A stretch of 32,000 nt of DNA, taken from assembly GCF_000392435.1 (NCBI RefSeq), contig NC_021219.1, positions 810,001-842,000 on the forward strand. The letters are read 5' to 3'. How positions within the stretch are numbered: the first letter of the stretch is position 1; every line of letters starts with the position of its first letter. The notes beneath the pieces were generated by a model. It was given only the letters and a program-made list of their open reading frames with translations, was not told the origin of the DNA and made no database searches. Shown here piece by piece: positions 1 to 7,677 of the stretch. The position numbers and the translations under genes are program-made. Origin of the DNA: Candidatus Saccharimonas aalborgensis (GTDB lineage Bacteria; Patescibacteriota; Saccharimonadia; Saccharimonadales; Saccharimonadaceae).

Positions 1-348
1 TTGGCCCTCGACGAAGCTCTGCAATGTCTTGGGAACCCATACATAAAAACGGATTCTACCGGCGACTGAAGCAATCTCAAAGCTGAGGTGTTCTTGGTAT
101 CCCCCATTTGCACGGAGCTCTTTGGCATCGCGCAGGATACCGTGCAGGCTGGCAAACATCTGCTCGGCGGCAAGCTCACTCTTGTCATTCGCCTTTGGAA
201 TCTCAAGCGCCAGGAGGACACTCTCGACATCTCTTACCATATCGATGCGTTGATAATTGCGCCATGTCAGGTAGAGAAGGATGACAACAATAGGTACCCA
301 GACGTACCATTGAAGCAACAGAGAGACAAACCACGTGATAAATGCCAT
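1..348 (-). CDS. N-terminal 116 codons of a membrane-anchored protein that continues past the window start; family uncertain (tentatively resembles N-termini of DUF87/VirD4-like ATPase-family proteins)
   Basis: My own minus-strand translation from ATG at 348 gives MAFITWFVSLLLQWYVWVPIVVILLYLTWRNYQRIDMVRDVESVLLALEIPKANDKSELAAEQMFASLHGILRDAKELRANGGYQEHLSFEIASVAGRIRFYVWVPKTLQSFVEGQ, open to base 1. It is absent from the ORF track because it has no stop in the window. The listed + ORF 88..384 is antisense to it. Confidence 0.6.
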   Translation of the reverse strand, partial: MAFITWFVSLLLQWYVWVPIVVILLYLTWRNYQRIDMVRDVESVLLALEIPKANDKSELAAEQMFASLHGILRDAKELRANGGYQEHLSFEIASVAGRIRFYVWVPKTLQSFVEGQ

Positions 349-414
349 AACTTAGTGCTTCTCATTATATCATACCTCTGTTAATTTTGCAAGAGTAAGC
401 ATGATCAGATAATG

Positions 415-468
415 ACAAAACCCGCCACCGGCGAGTCGTGCGCACTCGCATGGTGCGAGTAGCGGGTT
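415..468 (-). terminator. Rho-independent terminator downstream of CDS 488..829
   Basis: AACCCGC (419-425) pairs with GCGGGTT (462-468), with internal GC-rich sub-stems (CGAGT/ACTCG). On the minus strand the stem is followed by TTTTGT (plus-strand acaaaa, 415-420). Confidence 0.6.
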
Positions 469-487
469 CTGTCGGTTGGCGGGTTAT

Positions 488-829
488 CTAGTAGTTGGAG
501 ACCACCTGGTACCCCGCATTCCAGACGGCCGTGAGGCCCTCTGCAAATGCCACCATCTCCTCCCAGCCGATCGGGTCACCCTCGACGGGCTTGAAGACGA
601 TTTTGAGGTCCAGCTTGGGGCCGTCGGTGAACTCGAGGGTGATATGGGGGTCATTGCCGGTGGCTTCGATGGTGAGCCGACTCGCCGAATCCCTCCCCTT
701 ATCATCACTGAGCTCTTGGACGATAACGCTCGTTGCGTACCGGTGCACGTGCGCCGTTCCGCCGCGACGGGTCCCACGTCCGGAACCGTAGTACCGGAAT
801 ATCCTGACGGTGCCATTTCTGGTGGACAT
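488..829 (-). CDS. Hypothetical small protein (113 aa) in a GC-rich islet
   Basis: ORF track 488..829 (-) has a balanced amino-acid composition. AAGGAAAC lies just upstream of the ATG, a strong promoter lies upstream and a terminator downstream, all on the minus strand. The three overlapping ORFs in other frames look like GC-rich artefacts. Confidence 0.6.
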   Translation of the reverse strand: MSTRNGTVRIFRYYGSGRGTRRGGTAHVHRYATSVIVQELSDDKGRDSASRLTIEATGNDPHITLEFTDGPKLDLKIVFKPVEGDPIGWEEMVAFAEGLTAVWNAGYQVVSNY

Positions 830-883
830 GTTTCCTTTTTCTACTAGGAAAATTCGGGAGCAAAACGCACCCCGATGAACGTG

Positions 884-912
884 ATTATATACTTTTCATA
901 TAAATAAGTCAA
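884..912 (-). promoter_or_regulatory. Sigma-70-type promoter for CDS 488..829
   Basis: The minus strand reads TTGACT (907-912), a 17-nt spacer, then TATAAT (884-889). This lies about 55 nt upstream of the ATG at 829. Confidence 0.55.
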
Positions 913-992
913 ATCAAGGTCTCATAAAGTATACAGCGTAAACAAAAGAGCTCGCTGTGATGCGAGACTCTTATGATTTAGCTTTCGGGGTT

Positions 993-2051
993 TTATTTAC
1001 CGTCAACTTCAGCGAGAGTGTATGTGGCCTTAGCGACACGTTTGAACTCTGATTTGCTCTGGAGGTTGAGGAGAATAGTCGTCTCCTTGACTTGTCGGCT
1101 TTTGAGTACGCGTTTGACAATTTCGTCGCGGTGGAGGGGCTCCCCCGCTTTTTTGAGCACCTTGGTGATAATATCGCTCACGGTACCCTTGCTATAGCCC
1201 CACTCGTCGAGGGCATAGATACCGCGGCCGATGAGGACAAAGCGCTTGTCTTTGATAAGCTCATTGTGGATGGCCTGCGTGGTCACGTCTTTGCGTTTGA
1301 AATCACTCTGCTTGATCGTTTTTGCGATGTCGCTGAAATGGAGTGGTTTACCACCATCAGCGAGGATAACGTAGATCTTGTCGCGGATATTTTTTGGATT
1401 GACGGTAGGCCATTTGACGAGACCCCATACGTCCTTGAGGCTTGCGAGGAGCTTACTGAGGCTTGCGAGCGCACGAACTTGGTTTGGGTTTTCATAGCTG
1501 AGCATATCGTGGAGCTGCTCGATACCAACTGGTTCGCCATGTTTCTTGATAGTTTTGACGATGTCGTCCACCGAAGCGCGTACTTTCTTTTCGTCGCCAT
1601 ACTCTGCGATACCAACGCCCAGATAGTAATTGTCGTTTTCATTGATAACTATTAGCTTTGGTGATAACTCACCGATAAATGCGACATGCGCTTTGGTTTG
1701 AGCCGAAGGAGCTGTGGTGACAAGGCGCGTCGCGAGGTCTTGCACGCGAGCGACGCGGCCGTTTTCGCTAAGATCGCGAATAATGAGTCGCTCTACGTCG
1801 TGGATGGCTGGTATCTTTCCTTCGTCGGCAGCGATTTTGAGACGGATGAGGATGGCTTTTTCGAGCTGGCGGACGCGCTCGCGAGTGATACCGAGTAACT
1901 CGCCGATTTGTTCCAACGTTTCGCGTCGGTCAAAAAGTCCAAAGCGTCGGGTAATAATCTCACGTTCGCGCTCCTGCTCGATGACACGCAAGATGTCTTC
2001 AACGGCCTTCTTCAGAGTTGCTGCAGTATTTTGCTGTGCAGGTTCACTCAT
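993..2051 (-). CDS. Sigma-70 region-4 (HTH) protein with two C-terminal HARE-HTH-like domains
   Basis: The N-terminus ...ITRRFGLFDRRETLEQIGELLGITRERVRQLEKAILIRLK is a classic sigma region 4.2 HTH. Two later segments (YVILADGGKPLHFSDIAKTI... and ITKVLKKAGEPLHRDEIVKRVL...) resemble HARE-HTH. I placed the start at ATG 2051 (MSEPAQQ), preceded by GGAGATACAAGTA, rather than at the GVG at 2081. Confidence 0.75.
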   Translation of the reverse strand: MSEPAQQNTAATLKKAVEDILRVIEQEREREIITRRFGLFDRRETLEQIGELLGITRERVRQLEKAILIRLKIAADEGKIPAIHDVERLIIRDLSENGRVARVQDLATRLVTTAPSAQTKAHVAFIGELSPKLIVINENDNYYLGVGIAEYGDEKKVRASVDDIVKTIKKHGEPVGIEQLHDMLSYENPNQVRALASLSKLLASLKDVWGLVKWPTVNPKNIRDKIYVILADGGKPLHFSDIAKTIKQSDFKRKDVTTQAIHNELIKDKRFVLIGRGIYALDEWGYSKGTVSDIITKVLKKAGEPLHRDEIVKRVLKSRQVKETTILLNLQSKSEFKRVAKATYTLAEVDGK

Positions 2052-2224
2052 TACTTGTATCTCCATTCCTCTCTGCCTCACCTCTGGAAATTATGTTTAC
2101 TATTGAATCTTGGTTTTGATTATAGAACAATATTTCCAAAATGTCAAACCCCAAATTCTCTATGGCATTATTATAGCACAATGTCGACGCTTATGGTAAA
2201 TACTTTTTTGAGACTTTTTATATC

Positions 2225-2252
2225 AAAAAATGATGGTGAGGCTAACCATCAT
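2225..2252 (-). terminator. Rho-independent terminator (minus strand)
   Basis: ATGATGGT (2230-2237) pairs with ACCATCAT (2245-2252). On the minus strand the stem is followed by TTTTTT (plus-strand aaaaaa, 2225-2230). Confidence 0.6.
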
Positions 2253-2345
2253 CTTCAATACTGTCAACTTTCACCCCTGTTTTATTGCTATAGTTGCCAA
2301 TGGAAAACGTGGCAAATATTACACCAGCTATAGCCAATTTTACGA

Positions 2346-2408
2346 AGAGAGCCCGCCCCAGAGGAGCGGTGGACCGAAGCCGGGGTGACGGCTTGGGACG
2401 GGCTCTCT
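2346..2408 (-). other. Long GC-rich imperfect hairpin immediately 3' of CDS 2426..2707
   Basis: AGAGAGCCCG (2346-2355) is the perfect reverse complement of CGGGCTCTCT (2399-2408). There is an inner CGAAGCCG/CGGCTTGG sub-stem and no U-tract. Confidence 0.45.
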
Positions 2409-2425
2409 CTGGTGCGGGCTGGAGC

Positions 2426-2707
2426 TCACACCTCGATGTTGTTCGGGGGCCTGAGAGGGTGGCTGTTCCTGTTGAGCAGCCAAAAGGCGCTACAGCCGCC
2501 GAGGGCCCACCAGAAGTCACTGGCGAGTTGGTGCTGGTGACGTAATAGCTCACCCCCAAGCCACCCACCCAGCGTCCAGCCGGCGACTCCTACGGGGAAC
2601 CAGGTCCCCCGTAGGATCTCGTACCTGAAGACGGCTCTGACGATGAGCCAGAGGAGCAGGCCGACCATCAGGCCGCTGATGTAGATCTCGAACGGGATGC
2701 TGTTCAT
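2426..2707 (-). CDS. Small hypothetical membrane protein (about 3 TM helices) in a GC-rich islet; possibly GlsB/YeaQ/YmgE-like (weak)
   Basis: ORF track 2426..2755 (-). Hydrophobic segments are IYISGLMVGLLLWLIV, WFPVGVAGWTLGGWLGG and FWWALGGCSAFWLL. I moved the start to the ATG at 2707 (MNSIPFEIY). Confidence 0.5.
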   Translation of the reverse strand: MNSIPFEIYISGLMVGLLLWLIVRAVFRYEILRGTWFPVGVAGWTLGGWLGGELLRHQHQLASDFWWALGGCSAFWLLNRNSHPLRPPNNIEV

Positions 2708-2811
2708 CTCAGATGCCTTTCTCGAGAGGAGCTGACAGGAGTCGAAGAGACTCAAGTTCGTACGTAATTATATCAAATAACGGTATAAAAGTCAATATCT
2801 GATAGAGGTAG

Positions 2812-5142
2812 TTATGCCTTTTTGCGTCGTGGGATGCGGCGTGCTTTGCCTTTTGCTGGCGCTGATTCTAAGAGCTGTTTTGCTTCTGATTCTTTGATAG
2901 TCTTGGGGTCAGTATCTTTTGGTATCTTGGCATTTTTTTTGCCATCGGTGATGTAGGGACCAAAGCGGCCGTTGAGGATTTTTATCGTACCAAAGTCGGC
3001 AATAGTTTTTTCGGCTTCGGCGTGTAACTTAGCAGAGTAGAGCTCGCGTGCATCAGCGAGCGCGATAGTACGAGGATCGTGGTCCTTGATCGAGACAAAC
3101 AGCTTGCCAACTTGGATATAGGGGCCAAAGCGGCCGACGTTTGCCTTGATGTCTTGACCATCTTCTGTCTGACCGACGAGTCGTGGTAAGGTAAAGGCTT
3201 CAAGCGCTTGCTCGAGTGTCACCGAATCGATACTCGTACCTTTTGGCAATGGCGCAAACTGGGGTTTATTTCCCTCCTCGGTGTTACCGAGCTGGAGCAT
3301 CGGACCATAGCGGCCAAAACGAGCGATAATAGGCTGATTGGTTTTGGGATCAAGACCAATCTCTTTACTATGTCCCACACTGCTGCGGTCGATATCTCCC
3401 GATTTCTCAATGAGCTGATGAAAGGGTGTATAGAACTCTTGGAGCATCATATTTCGCGGTAACTTGTCTCCGGCGATATCGTCGAAGTGCTCTTCAACAC
3501 TAGCGGTAAAGCCATAGTCGATCACTTGATTGAAGTGTTTGCCAAGGAAGTCGCTGATGAGTTCACCGGCGGGCGTTGGTACTAATTTACCTCTGTTGGA
3601 ACCGGTTTTTTCTTGCTCGATTTCGCGATGAACCGTATCGTCGATAAGCTGGAGTACGATAAGATCACGTGGCATGCCTTCGGACTCACCTTTCTCGGCA
3701 TAGCCACGGGCTTGAACCGTATTGATGATCGTCGCGTAGGTACTTGGTCGGCCGATACCGAGCTCCTCAAGCTTTTTGACGAGCATACCCTCGGTGTAGC
3801 GGGCGGGTGGTCGTGCGAAGACCTGACGTGCCTCAAGGCTATAGACGGCAAGTGAATCCTTGGTGGACAGGGCGGGCAGCAGCGTGTCTTCCTTGCCACC
3901 GCCATAAACGCGCAGGAAACCATCAAAGATAACGACTTGACCTTTCGCTTCAAACACGAGCTGTCGAGGCGCTACATTGGGAAGTGATGCGGCGTTCACT
4001 ATGTCAATTGTGATAGTAGTGTTTTCCAGTGTTGCTGCTGCCATCTGACTTGCAAGGGTGCGGCGGCGAATGAGGTCATACAGTTTTTGGTCGTAGTCGC
4101 TCCCACTGACTGATTCACGACTAATGTCGGTAGGACGAATTGCCTCATGGGCCTCCTGCGCCCCCGCAGATTTGGTGGTAAATTTGCGTACATGGCTATA
4201 CTCCACCCCGTAAAGACGCTTGATGTAGTCGGCAGCAGCCGAGATGGCCTGTGTCGAGAGATTGACGCTGTCAGTACGCATATAGGTGATCTTACCTTCT
4301 TGGTAGAGCTTTTGTGCAGTCGACATGGTGGTGCGACTACTGAAACCAAGCTTACTGTTTGCTTCCTGTTGCAAGGTGCTGGTCGTAAACGGTGCTGCAG
4401 GATTGCGCGTGGAGGGACTTGTCGAAATATCACTTACCGTATACTGGGCAGTTTTGACACTTTCGAGGAATGCTCGGGCAGTCTCCTCGGTATCAAAACG
4501 CTGTCGAAGCTCGGCCTTGAACTCATGACCGTTGTGGGTAAAAATAGCGACGACCTTGAACTGCGATGTGCTCTCAAAGGCGCGGATTTCGCGTTCACGC
4601 TCGACGAGCAGGCGGACGGCGGGGCTTTGTACCCTTCCGGCACTCTTGCCGCCAGGTACTTTTTGCCAGACGACGGGACTGAGCTCAAACCCGACGATGC
4701 GGTCGAGAATCTGTCGGGCCTGCTGCGCCTCGACAAGTTTCATGTCAACGGTGCGCGGGTGAGCGACTGCCTCTTCGATAGCGGACTTGGTAATTTCATG
4801 AAAAACAATACGGTTTGTCGTCGCGGGATTGAGCTTGAGGACTTCACAGAGGTGCCACGCAATGGCTTCGCCTTCTCGGTCTTCATCGGTTGCCAGCCAG
4901 ACGGTCTCGGCTGCTTTGACGGCTTTTTTTAGTTCGGCGATTGTCTTTTTCTTTTCGGGGTCTATTTCGTAGGTAGTAGCAAAGCCATTTTTGACATCTA
5001 TGGGCGGTGTACCGTCCTTTGTTTTCTTGGCGATGCTACGAATATGCCCGATAGAGCTAAGAACCTTGAAGTCTTTTCCAAGGTATTTTTCGATAGTTTT
5101 TGCCTTTGCGGGCGACTCAACGATAACGAGATGTTTGCTCAT
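2812..5142 (-). CDS. topA: DNA topoisomerase I
   Basis: Toprim N-terminus MSKHLVIVESPAKAKTIEKYLGKDF...; ATDEDREGEAIAWH; active-site region ITYMRTDS; C-terminal GRFGPY repeats and a basic tail. The start ATG at 5142 is preceded by AGGTGAT. Confidence 0.95.
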   Translation of the reverse strand: MSKHLVIVESPAKAKTIEKYLGKDFKVLSSIGHIRSIAKKTKDGTPPIDVKNGFATTYEIDPEKKKTIAELKKAVKAAETVWLATDEDREGEAIAWHLCEVLKLNPATTNRIVFHEITKSAIEEAVAHPRTVDMKLVEAQQARQILDRIVGFELSPVVWQKVPGGKSAGRVQSPAVRLLVEREREIRAFESTSQFKVVAIFTHNGHEFKAELRQRFDTEETARAFLESVKTAQYTVSDISTSPSTRNPAAPFTTSTLQQEANSKLGFSSRTTMSTAQKLYQEGKITYMRTDSVNLSTQAISAAADYIKRLYGVEYSHVRKFTTKSAGAQEAHEAIRPTDISRESVSGSDYDQKLYDLIRRRTLASQMAAATLENTTITIDIVNAASLPNVAPRQLVFEAKGQVVIFDGFLRVYGGGKEDTLLPALSTKDSLAVYSLEARQVFARPPARYTEGMLVKKLEELGIGRPSTYATIINTVQARGYAEKGESEGMPRDLIVLQLIDDTVHREIEQEKTGSNRGKLVPTPAGELISDFLGKHFNQVIDYGFTASVEEHFDDIAGDKLPRNMMLQEFYTPFHQLIEKSGDIDRSSVGHSKEIGLDPKTNQPIIARFGRYGPMLQLGNTEEGNKPQFAPLPKGTSIDSVTLEQALEAFTLPRLVGQTEDGQDIKANVGRFGPYIQVGKLFVSIKDHDPRTIALADARELYSAKLHAEAEKTIADFGTIKILNGRFGPYITDGKKNAKIPKDTDPKTIKESEAKQLLESAPAKGKARRIPRRKKA

Positions 5143-5245
5143 GTGTATCACCTACTATATATGAATGTTGGCGTCTGGGCCACAAATCCAAGTCCGTATA
5201 GTACGCGTCTCCTACTAAGATTGCAAGTCAAAAGTAGGCGTAGTA

Positions 5246-5301
5246 CGAAAATCCGCCCCGAAAGGCGCTGAGCCGAGGGCTCGAAGCGGATTTCGGGGCG
5301 G
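5246..5301 (-). terminator. GC-rich terminator hairpin downstream of CDS 5327..5662
   Basis: CCGCCCCGAAA (5253-5263) is the perfect complement of TTTCGGGGCGG (5291-5301), with an inner GAGCC/GGCTC stem. On the minus strand it is followed by ATTTTCG. Confidence 0.55.
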
Positions 5302-5326
5302 CAGAGGCCCTTATGGTGGCTGGCGG

Positions 5327-5662
5327 CTACTGGCGCGGAGGATTCACAAGAGCCCGGTGCTGGTAGATCACGCAGGCGTTGCGGACCGTGTTTGTCTCTG
5401 TGCGCGGCTCATTGGTGGGCCGTGTCTCCTGGATGTTGAGCATCGCATAGAGTGCGCTGAAATCGAGGTCTCCCCAAGCGTACGCGTTGAAGAGGTTTGC
5501 CCACTCACTGGAATGAGCTTGACCCGACTCGCGGACCAGCTCGGCGTAAGCGGCGAGCAGCTCGCCAAGCAGATGGCGATGGGTCGCGAGGTCCAGCCGG
5601 GCTGCCTCCGCCTCAGAAGTGAGCACGGCGATGTGCGTTTTGCGCAGATCGTTATACATCAT
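5327..5662 (-). CDS. Hypothetical protein (111 aa) in a GC-rich islet between dprA and topA
   Basis: ORF track 5327..5662 (-). A strong SD (GGGAGGGA) lies directly upstream of the ATGATG, and the gene has its own terminator. No recognisable family. Confidence 0.6.
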   Translation of the reverse strand: MMYNDLRKTHIAVLTSEAEAARLDLATHRHLLGELLAAYAELVRESGQAHSSEWANLFNAYAWGDLDFSALYAMLNIQETRPTNEPRTETNTVRNACVIYQHRALVNPPRQ

Positions 5663-5738
5663 TCCCTCCCAGGATGATTGTCAGTAAGCAAGGGCTTCCC
5701 TCTACAGTAGAGGGCTAAAAAATATTATTACACTAATT

Positions 5739-6599
5739 CTAGTATATTGTCCACTGATTTGCGCCGAGCGAGCGGATGGTGCCGTTTACCTCAAGCATGC
5801 TCAAGGCAGTTGAGAGCGAGGCTGCATCGAGGCCCGTCTGGCGCTGAATAAGTTCGCCATCATGAACACCGTTTTGTAGTTGCTCGATGATCAACCGTTC
5901 AGTGGGGCTATATGTCAGTATCTGATGTGCTGGTGCCGAGAGGAGTTCGGGCGCGAGGATCTCAAGAATATCGTCTGAGCAGGTTACGGGGTGGGCTCCT
6001 TGTTTGATAAGCGCATTGCAGCCGGCGCTCAAAGGACTGGTAATATTGCCCGGGACAACAAATACGTCTTTGCCCTGCTCAAGGGCATGCATCGCCGTAT
6101 TGAGCGTACCGCTTTTTGCACTGGCTTCAGTGATCAATACGGCATCGCTGATACCTGCCACTAGCCGGTTGCGCTCGAGAAAGCTCCATGGGCCGAACTT
6201 TTCATCTGTCGCGTGCTCGGCGATGATAGCACCTCCCTGAGCGATAATACGCTCGCCCAGAGAGCGGTTTGTAAGAGGACGAATCGCGGGGAGTGCGTTC
6301 GCTAGCACCGCGATCGTAGTACCATGCGCTTCGAGTGCGGCACCGTGAGCGATGGCGTCAATCCCGAGGGCGAGGCCGCTGACGATCACCACTCCTTTTT
6401 GCGCCAGTTCAGCGACAATCCGCGACGTCACCTCTTTCCCGTAGGTGGTGGGCTTACGGGTGCCGACCACCGCCAATGTCACTTGGCGCTCCGCGGGAAG
6501 TGTCCCGACAAAGTGCAATGTATTAGGACATTTTGCAATACTACTTAGTATCTTGAGGTAAGGATGTTCCTGGGGTGATAATACGTTGATTTTAAGCAT
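5739..6599 (-). CDS. dprA: DNA-processing protein DprA (Smf)
   Basis: The Rossmann-like DprA core is present: LAVVGTRKPTTYGKEVTSRIVAELAQKGVVIVSGLALGIDAIAHGAALE...TIAVLANAL...AIIAEH, followed by a C-terminal winged-helix-like tail. Confidence 0.9.
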   Translation of the reverse strand: MLKINVLSPQEHPYLKILSSIAKCPNTLHFVGTLPAERQVTLAVVGTRKPTTYGKEVTSRIVAELAQKGVVIVSGLALGIDAIAHGAALEAHGTTIAVLANALPAIRPLTNRSLGERIIAQGGAIIAEHATDEKFGPWSFLERNRLVAGISDAVLITEASAKSGTLNTAMHALEQGKDVFVVPGNITSPLSAGCNALIKQGAHPVTCSDDILEILAPELLSAPAHQILTYSPTERLIIEQLQNGVHDGELIQRQTGLDAASLSTALSMLEVNGTIRSLGANQWTIY

Positions 6600-6617
6600 G
6601 ATTTGTTATGAAAAGTG

Positions 6618-6646
6618 TTGACATAATGTCAAGTGTGTGATAATAT
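6618..6646 (+). promoter_or_regulatory. Near-consensus sigma-70 promoter with extended -10
   Basis: TTGACA (6618-6623), a 17-nt spacer ending in TGA, then TAATAT (6641-6646). The -35 hexamer is embedded in the palindrome TTGACATAATGTCAA (6618-6632). Confidence 0.6.
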
Positions 6647-6652
6647 GGCTAT

Positions 6653-6907
6653 GATTGATTGATTCTGCGAGAACAATCAACCGCACCTTATACCCCCTAT
6701 TCTAACTTATGTTAGGGTACGCACAAGGTGTGTTATAGTATTCTACCCTCCACTGTAACACCGTTTAGAAAGCCTGGTGCGTATACTAACGCCTTTATCC
6801 GGCGGACCTCGTATTTGTGAGGTGGGTCACGCTAATACCCGATATTCAGGGTGGGATGAAGGCTGAAATGGCGCTAGGTGATGCCCACCCTTACCTAGCG
6901 CCTTTTT
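6653..6907 (+). ncRNA. Candidate structured non-coding RNA, or a long cis-regulatory leader of the ZIP transporter gene (class unknown)
   Basis: The interval is bounded by the promoter at 6618-6646 and an intrinsic terminator at 6870-6907. The longest ORF inside is 5 codons. Several local helices are visible: TTGATTG/CAATCAA, CGCACCTT/AAGGTGTG, CTAAC/GTTAG, ACCTC/GAGGT and AGGGTGGG/CCCACCCT. Confidence 0.4.
6870..6907 (+). terminator. Rho-independent terminator
   Basis: GGCGCTAGGT (6870-6879) pairs with ACCTAGCGCC (6893-6902) and is followed by TTTTT (6903-6907). Confidence 0.7.
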
Positions 6908-6927
6908 GGTTGTGTTAAAATACCTCT

Positions 6928-7677
6928 ATGAATTCTTTTGCTCTGATGGTGCTCGCAATCATAGTAGGTAGTGCTCTCTCGCTGATCGGTGGTGCCTTAC
7001 TTTTTTTGACAAAAAAGCGGAGGGCGCACGCTATCACGTATGCGTTGCCATTTGGTGCAGGTGCACTGTTGGCGGCGGCATTTTTTGATCTATTGCCAGA
7101 GAGTTTTGAGATGGGTCAACCAAGAGAATTGCTCGTGTGGGTACTTGTAGGCTTCATCATATTCTTTTTACTCGAGCGGAGCTCGACGTGGTTTCACCAT
7201 CATCATGAGCATAAGCTGGGAGCAAAAAATACTTCTCAAAACCTTCTGGTGATGACGGGAGATCTCGTCCATAACATTATCGATGGTATTGCCATTGGGG
7301 CGGCATTTGTGGTTAATCCCGTGAGCGGGTTTGTGACGACACTCGCAGTGAGTGCACATGAAATTCCCAAGGAGTTAGGGACATTTGGTATCCTTCTGTC
7401 GCGCGGGTGGCATGATCGTAAGGTGTTGCTCGCGAACATCATGACCGCAGTTGGCACGCTGCTTGCTGCCACGACCGTCTATCTGCTCGGTACAACAGTA
7501 AAGATACCCGAAGCCGAACTATTAGCCCTCACCAGTGGTTTCTTCATCTACGTAGCAGCGAGCGACATTATTCCCGATATTCACGAGCAACCCCGGCGCG
7601 TGGGAACGCTGCAGGCACTTGTATTGGTTATGGCACTTGTGATGGTTGCCGCTATTATTAAGCTTCTCGGTGTGTAG
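6928..7677 (+). CDS. ZIP-family (ZupT-like) divalent metal transporter
   Basis: Multi-TM protein with a His-rich loop (WFHHHHEHK) and ZIP signature helices (HNIIDGIAIGAAF; SAHEIPKELGTFGILL). Confidence 0.85.
   Translation: MNSFALMVLAIIVGSALSLIGGALLFLTKKRRAHAITYALPFGAGALLAAAFFDLLPESFEMGQPRELLVWVLVGFIIFFLLERSSTWFHHHHEHKLGAKNTSQNLLVMTGDLVHNIIDGIAIGAAFVVNPVSGFVTTLAVSAHEIPKELGTFGILLSRGWHDRKVLLANIMTAVGTLLAATTVYLLGTTVKIPEAELLALTSGFFIYVAASDIIPDIHEQPRRVGTLQALVLVMALVMVAAIIKLLGV

Noticed and set aside
88-384. + strand ORF of 98 aa
   Set aside because: It is antisense to a better minus-strand reading frame (ATG 348 to the window edge) that has a clear TM helix and protein-like sequence.
476-847. + strand 123-aa ORF and two other frames overlapping CDS 488..829
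   Set aside because: The minus-strand frame has the promoter, SD and terminator in the correct orientation. The alternatives are G/D/V/R-rich mirror-frame products.
883-897. An 11-bp match (ATTATATACTT) to the IS inverted-repeat core, considered as a solo IR or MITE remnant
   Set aside because: The match is the -10 region (TATAAT) of a complete TTGACT-17-TATAAT promoter. It has no GG terminus, no extended similarity and no partner repeat, so it is most likely an AT-rich coincidence.
6653-6907. The intergenic structured region as tmRNA, RNase P RNA, SRP RNA, tRNA or a known metal riboswitch
   Set aside because: I could not find the conserved cores: GGUUCGA-type T-arm/CCA end, GAGGAAAGUCC and ACAGNRA, or the SRP GGAA/AGCA helix-8 motifs. 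It is left as unclassified. A covariance-model scan is required.
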